In this document: positions 62,501-64,000 of the stretch, in pieces
Layout of the letters: every line of letters starts with the position of its first letter
How positions within the stretch are numbered: the stretch's first letter is position 1
DNA from: an uncultured Acidobacteriota bacterium
GTDB lineage: Bacteria > Acidobacteriota > Blastocatellia > RBC074
Assembly: GCA_963796275.1 (NCBI GenBank)
Contig: CAWCKY010000002.1
Span: 544,001 to 608,000 of the forward strand
Reading direction: 5' to 3'
DNA length: 64,000 nucleotides
Translations under genes and position numbers: made by a program
Notes under the pieces: generated by a model
Told to the model about the DNA's origin: nothing
The model's database searches: none
What the model saw: the letters and a program-made list of their open reading frames with translations, nothing else

Positions 62501-62539
62501 GGTTTGCCATAGCATCTTGTTTTTCATTATGCGTCTCAT
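59528..62539 (-). CDS. Oar-like TonB-dependent outer membrane beta-barrel with Gly-rich inserts
   Basis: Signal peptide, LRGQVIDELGA beta domain, FRNSALDARNAF, FAPRLSVAWSP, NIFNHVN, terminal F. Confidence 0.88.
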   Translation of the reverse strand: MRRIMKNKMLWQTLLGIVLLTSTLYGQTAVTLRGQVIDELGAALKGANVSVSTGEEGKRTVTSNSRGEFTISNLPPGIYILIVEYKGFQTYVENGIEPASMNSPLKVVMKVAAVNESTDIPADGKGVSVEPDQNLTGIVLNEKMIQELLPETEEEMIEFLQALAGGTGNAQIMIHGFRGGRMPPRESIMQVRLNQNLFSPEFSSGGGDGRIEIITRPGSGEWRGNVSFGFRNSALDARNAFALVKPELDQQRYTFFFGGPVIPKRLDFSANVDWVPTDGSGLVSATTLDGLFTANVPAPSRSTGYSLRSGLFINKRNMLRMNYNYRGSERTNSEFATGGFAGGNFGGGNFGGGGGFGGRGGGGGGGGGFIGGGFNSSGTGGSLMPPDRASNSESANHSLSFSETFLINTRLVHEARLRVQQETSRTLPVMQAVAIDVLDAFQGGGSTRSSDSRTNTIEFQDSLTTTLKKHTIKVGLQLEQQNVRDLNLNNFNGTYSFSTLDQYGRALMGEPVSAALFTINRAVNGGDPSLRYSQYEASWYMNDDIRLSQSLTISLGLRHEFQQNLADKLNFAPRLSVAWSPFRNRKTVIRSGGGLFFNRLSANAYANALRYIEQAQETITIFNPIYLDPIPANLSVLSPSINRVQQSSTREVLDPNLRAPYNISGMLSLEHQLPRALVGTLSYNINRGVHLFRARNINAPLPETGERPDPAQGNVIATESGGKSIRHELAFGFSRRFSQRFMFFSNYRLAWARDDAAFPANNYDLSSEWARSFSDRRHSFNMLLMVNLPWSLRVTPNLFVNSGAPFNITSGVDNNLDTQFSDRPAGIGRNSDLPAMLYPLIPLPGRTVRIAGGSTMTLLDYLNAYFPSGLKAEGPGTFNANIGISKIFGFGQRNGVQAGNMSNAGETGFIGAEAGGQAGGRIGQGGRRGGGGGRRGSGGGGGRGSLENPESARFTLRFALNISNIFNHVNFGQYGGVLGSPYLGHPSNAGAPRQLNLNIMFGF

Positions 62540-62930
62540 AAAAGCTGTGAATGGCGCCGAATCAGCAGCCAGCGGTGGAGCGAAGACGACACAAGGTCCT
62601 TTCCGTAGTTTTCCTTTGGCTAACGCACCTTATCTTTTCATTCATTAAGGAAAGAGGAGAAGTTTGGAACTGGACCAAGCTTCCCTCTTCCCCGTCGCGC
62701 GGAGGTCGCAAGCGAGAATCTCGCTCGTAGTCACAGATAATGAGTTGTTATCGCGAAAAGGTGTTAAAGAAGAAGAAAAGAGTTTGTAAGAAATGTAAAT
62801 TCGTAGCGTGGAATTTCACTCACACTAAAATCCAATGCACGGCAGAGCACAAATGTAAAATATGTAAATTATGTTCCCGCAGGCTGTTATAACGATTAAT
62901 GCCTCTTCTATCCGGGATATAATCGGTGCG

Positions 62931-64000
62931 ATGAAGAGCCAGCGCCCATTATTAAAATTGATCTCGAGCAGCCAGTTTATCGTGACTGCTCTGATGTTGT
63001 TTTTGCTGCCGCTGTTGGCAGTCCTGCAATACCGCTGGCTGGGCGAGTTGAGCGCAAGTAAAAGCGAGCAGATGAAGACGCACATGCAGGCGACGGCGAC
63101 TCGGTTCGCGCAGGATTTCGATCAGGAGATTACGCGCACATATGTAGCATTCTTGCCAGTTCAGGAAATGAAGAACGAGGATAAGCTGAACGCTTATGTG
63201 TCGAGCTATGATCGTTGGAGTAAATCGGCTTCATATCCCGGGTTGGTTAAATCCGTGTTCCTCGCGCTCACCGACGATCGGAGGCAGCTGCATTTGCATG
63301 AGTTAAACCGCGAAGCCCGTAAGTTTGAAATACACGACTGGCCGCAAAGGATGGTGACGCTGCACCATAAACTGGCAGAGCTTACTCGCAACTCGCCTCC
63401 TTTAGGCTCACCTGTACCCGATAGAAATGAACCCCCTTCGCCACGGCTGCAGCTGTTGGATGAAGAGCTGCCAGCTCTGGTGACGATGCTGGTCGAGCGA
63501 CCGCCCCTGATGAGAACCGACTTTACCTTCGCGGCATCGCATCTGGTTGGATTCACCATCGTAGAGTTGGACCTGACTCACATTCAACAAGAGATATTGC
63601 CATCGCTGATAAAGCGCCATTTCCTTTCCGATGTCGGAAGTAACTACGACATATCCATCGTCTCCGGTATAGATCAAAAGCGCATCATCTATCAATCAGG
63701 CTCAATTACCGGGACGTCGGCCGGCTCTGTATCGACGAATGCCGACGCCAGCGCCCGCCTCTTCAGCCTGCGCCCTGACGAGCTTCGTTTCCTACTGCGA
63801 GGCCGCATGCGACGCGGCGATTCCAGAGACGTGAACAGGTCTGTCCGGAGAAATGGGCCCGCCGCACCAGTCGTGGGACCGAGAGGGCTCTGGGAAGGCG
63901 GGCAACAGGGACTCTGGCAAATCCATATCCGCCATCGAGCCGGATCGCTTGAAACTGCCCTGAACAGCGTGCGCCGCCGGAATCTGCTCATCAGCTTCGG
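62931..64000 (+). CDS. Sensor histidine kinase N-terminal part (TM - periplasmic sensor - start of TM2), truncated by the window edge
   Basis: Open frame from ATG 62931 to the end (absent from the ORF track because it has no stop): LLPLLAVLQYRWLGELS...HRAGSLETALNSVRRRNLLISF, a pattern I recognise from acidobacterial sensor kinases. TATAAT at 62918. Confidence 0.7.
   Translation, partial: MKSQRPLLKLISSSQFIVTALMLFLLPLLAVLQYRWLGELSASKSEQMKTHMQATATRFAQDFDQEITRTYVAFLPVQEMKNEDKLNAYVSSYDRWSKSASYPGLVKSVFLALTDDRRQLHLHELNREARKFEIHDWPQRMVTLHHKLAELTRNSPPLGSPVPDRNEPPSPRLQLLDEELPALVTMLVERPPLMRTDFTFAASHLVGFTIVELDLTHIQQEILPSLIKRHFLSDVGSNYDISIVSGIDQKRIIYQSGSITGTSAGSVSTNADASARLFSLRPDELRFLLRGRMRRGDSRDVNRSVRRNGPAAPVVGPRGLWEGGQQGLWQIHIRHRAGSLETALNSVRRRNLLISF

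Overview
A 64-kb gene-dense bacterial chromosomal segment. The gene content most resembles Acidobacteriota, probably Blastocatellia-like (inference): Oar-type TonB transporters, DUF1549/DUF1553 + DUF1501 pairs, an ECF sigma/Ser-Thr kinase pair, secreted TPR proteins, a DinB with a signal peptide, and heptamer/REP-type intergenic repeats. No rRNA, tRNA, CRISPR array, integrase or transposase was seen. Main contents: SDR, queE-queC, HtrA, an M1 aminopeptidase homologue lacking all Zn ligands, a DUF2760 + two atypical Hsp70 + OmpA cluster, a GAF-GAF sigma54 activator divergent from a STAS-MFP-RND-OMF efflux operon with two -24/-12 promoters, two TonB-dependent transporters, and a partial sensor kinase at the right edge. 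Best candidates for undescribed systems: (1) a DsbA + 16-Cys secreted protein + beta-sandwich protein operon (56.1-59.5 kb); (2) an ECF sigma coupled to a kinase-Zn ribbon-pseudocyclase-STAND ATPase-TPR giant plus DUF4242 (46-52 kb); (3) the DUF2760/double-Hsp70 module, in which DUF2760 carries GrpE-like motifs. Several intergenic regions look like structured RNAs. Three genes carry single-base insertions that may be assembly errors. All family assignments come from motif recognition by eye, not database searches.
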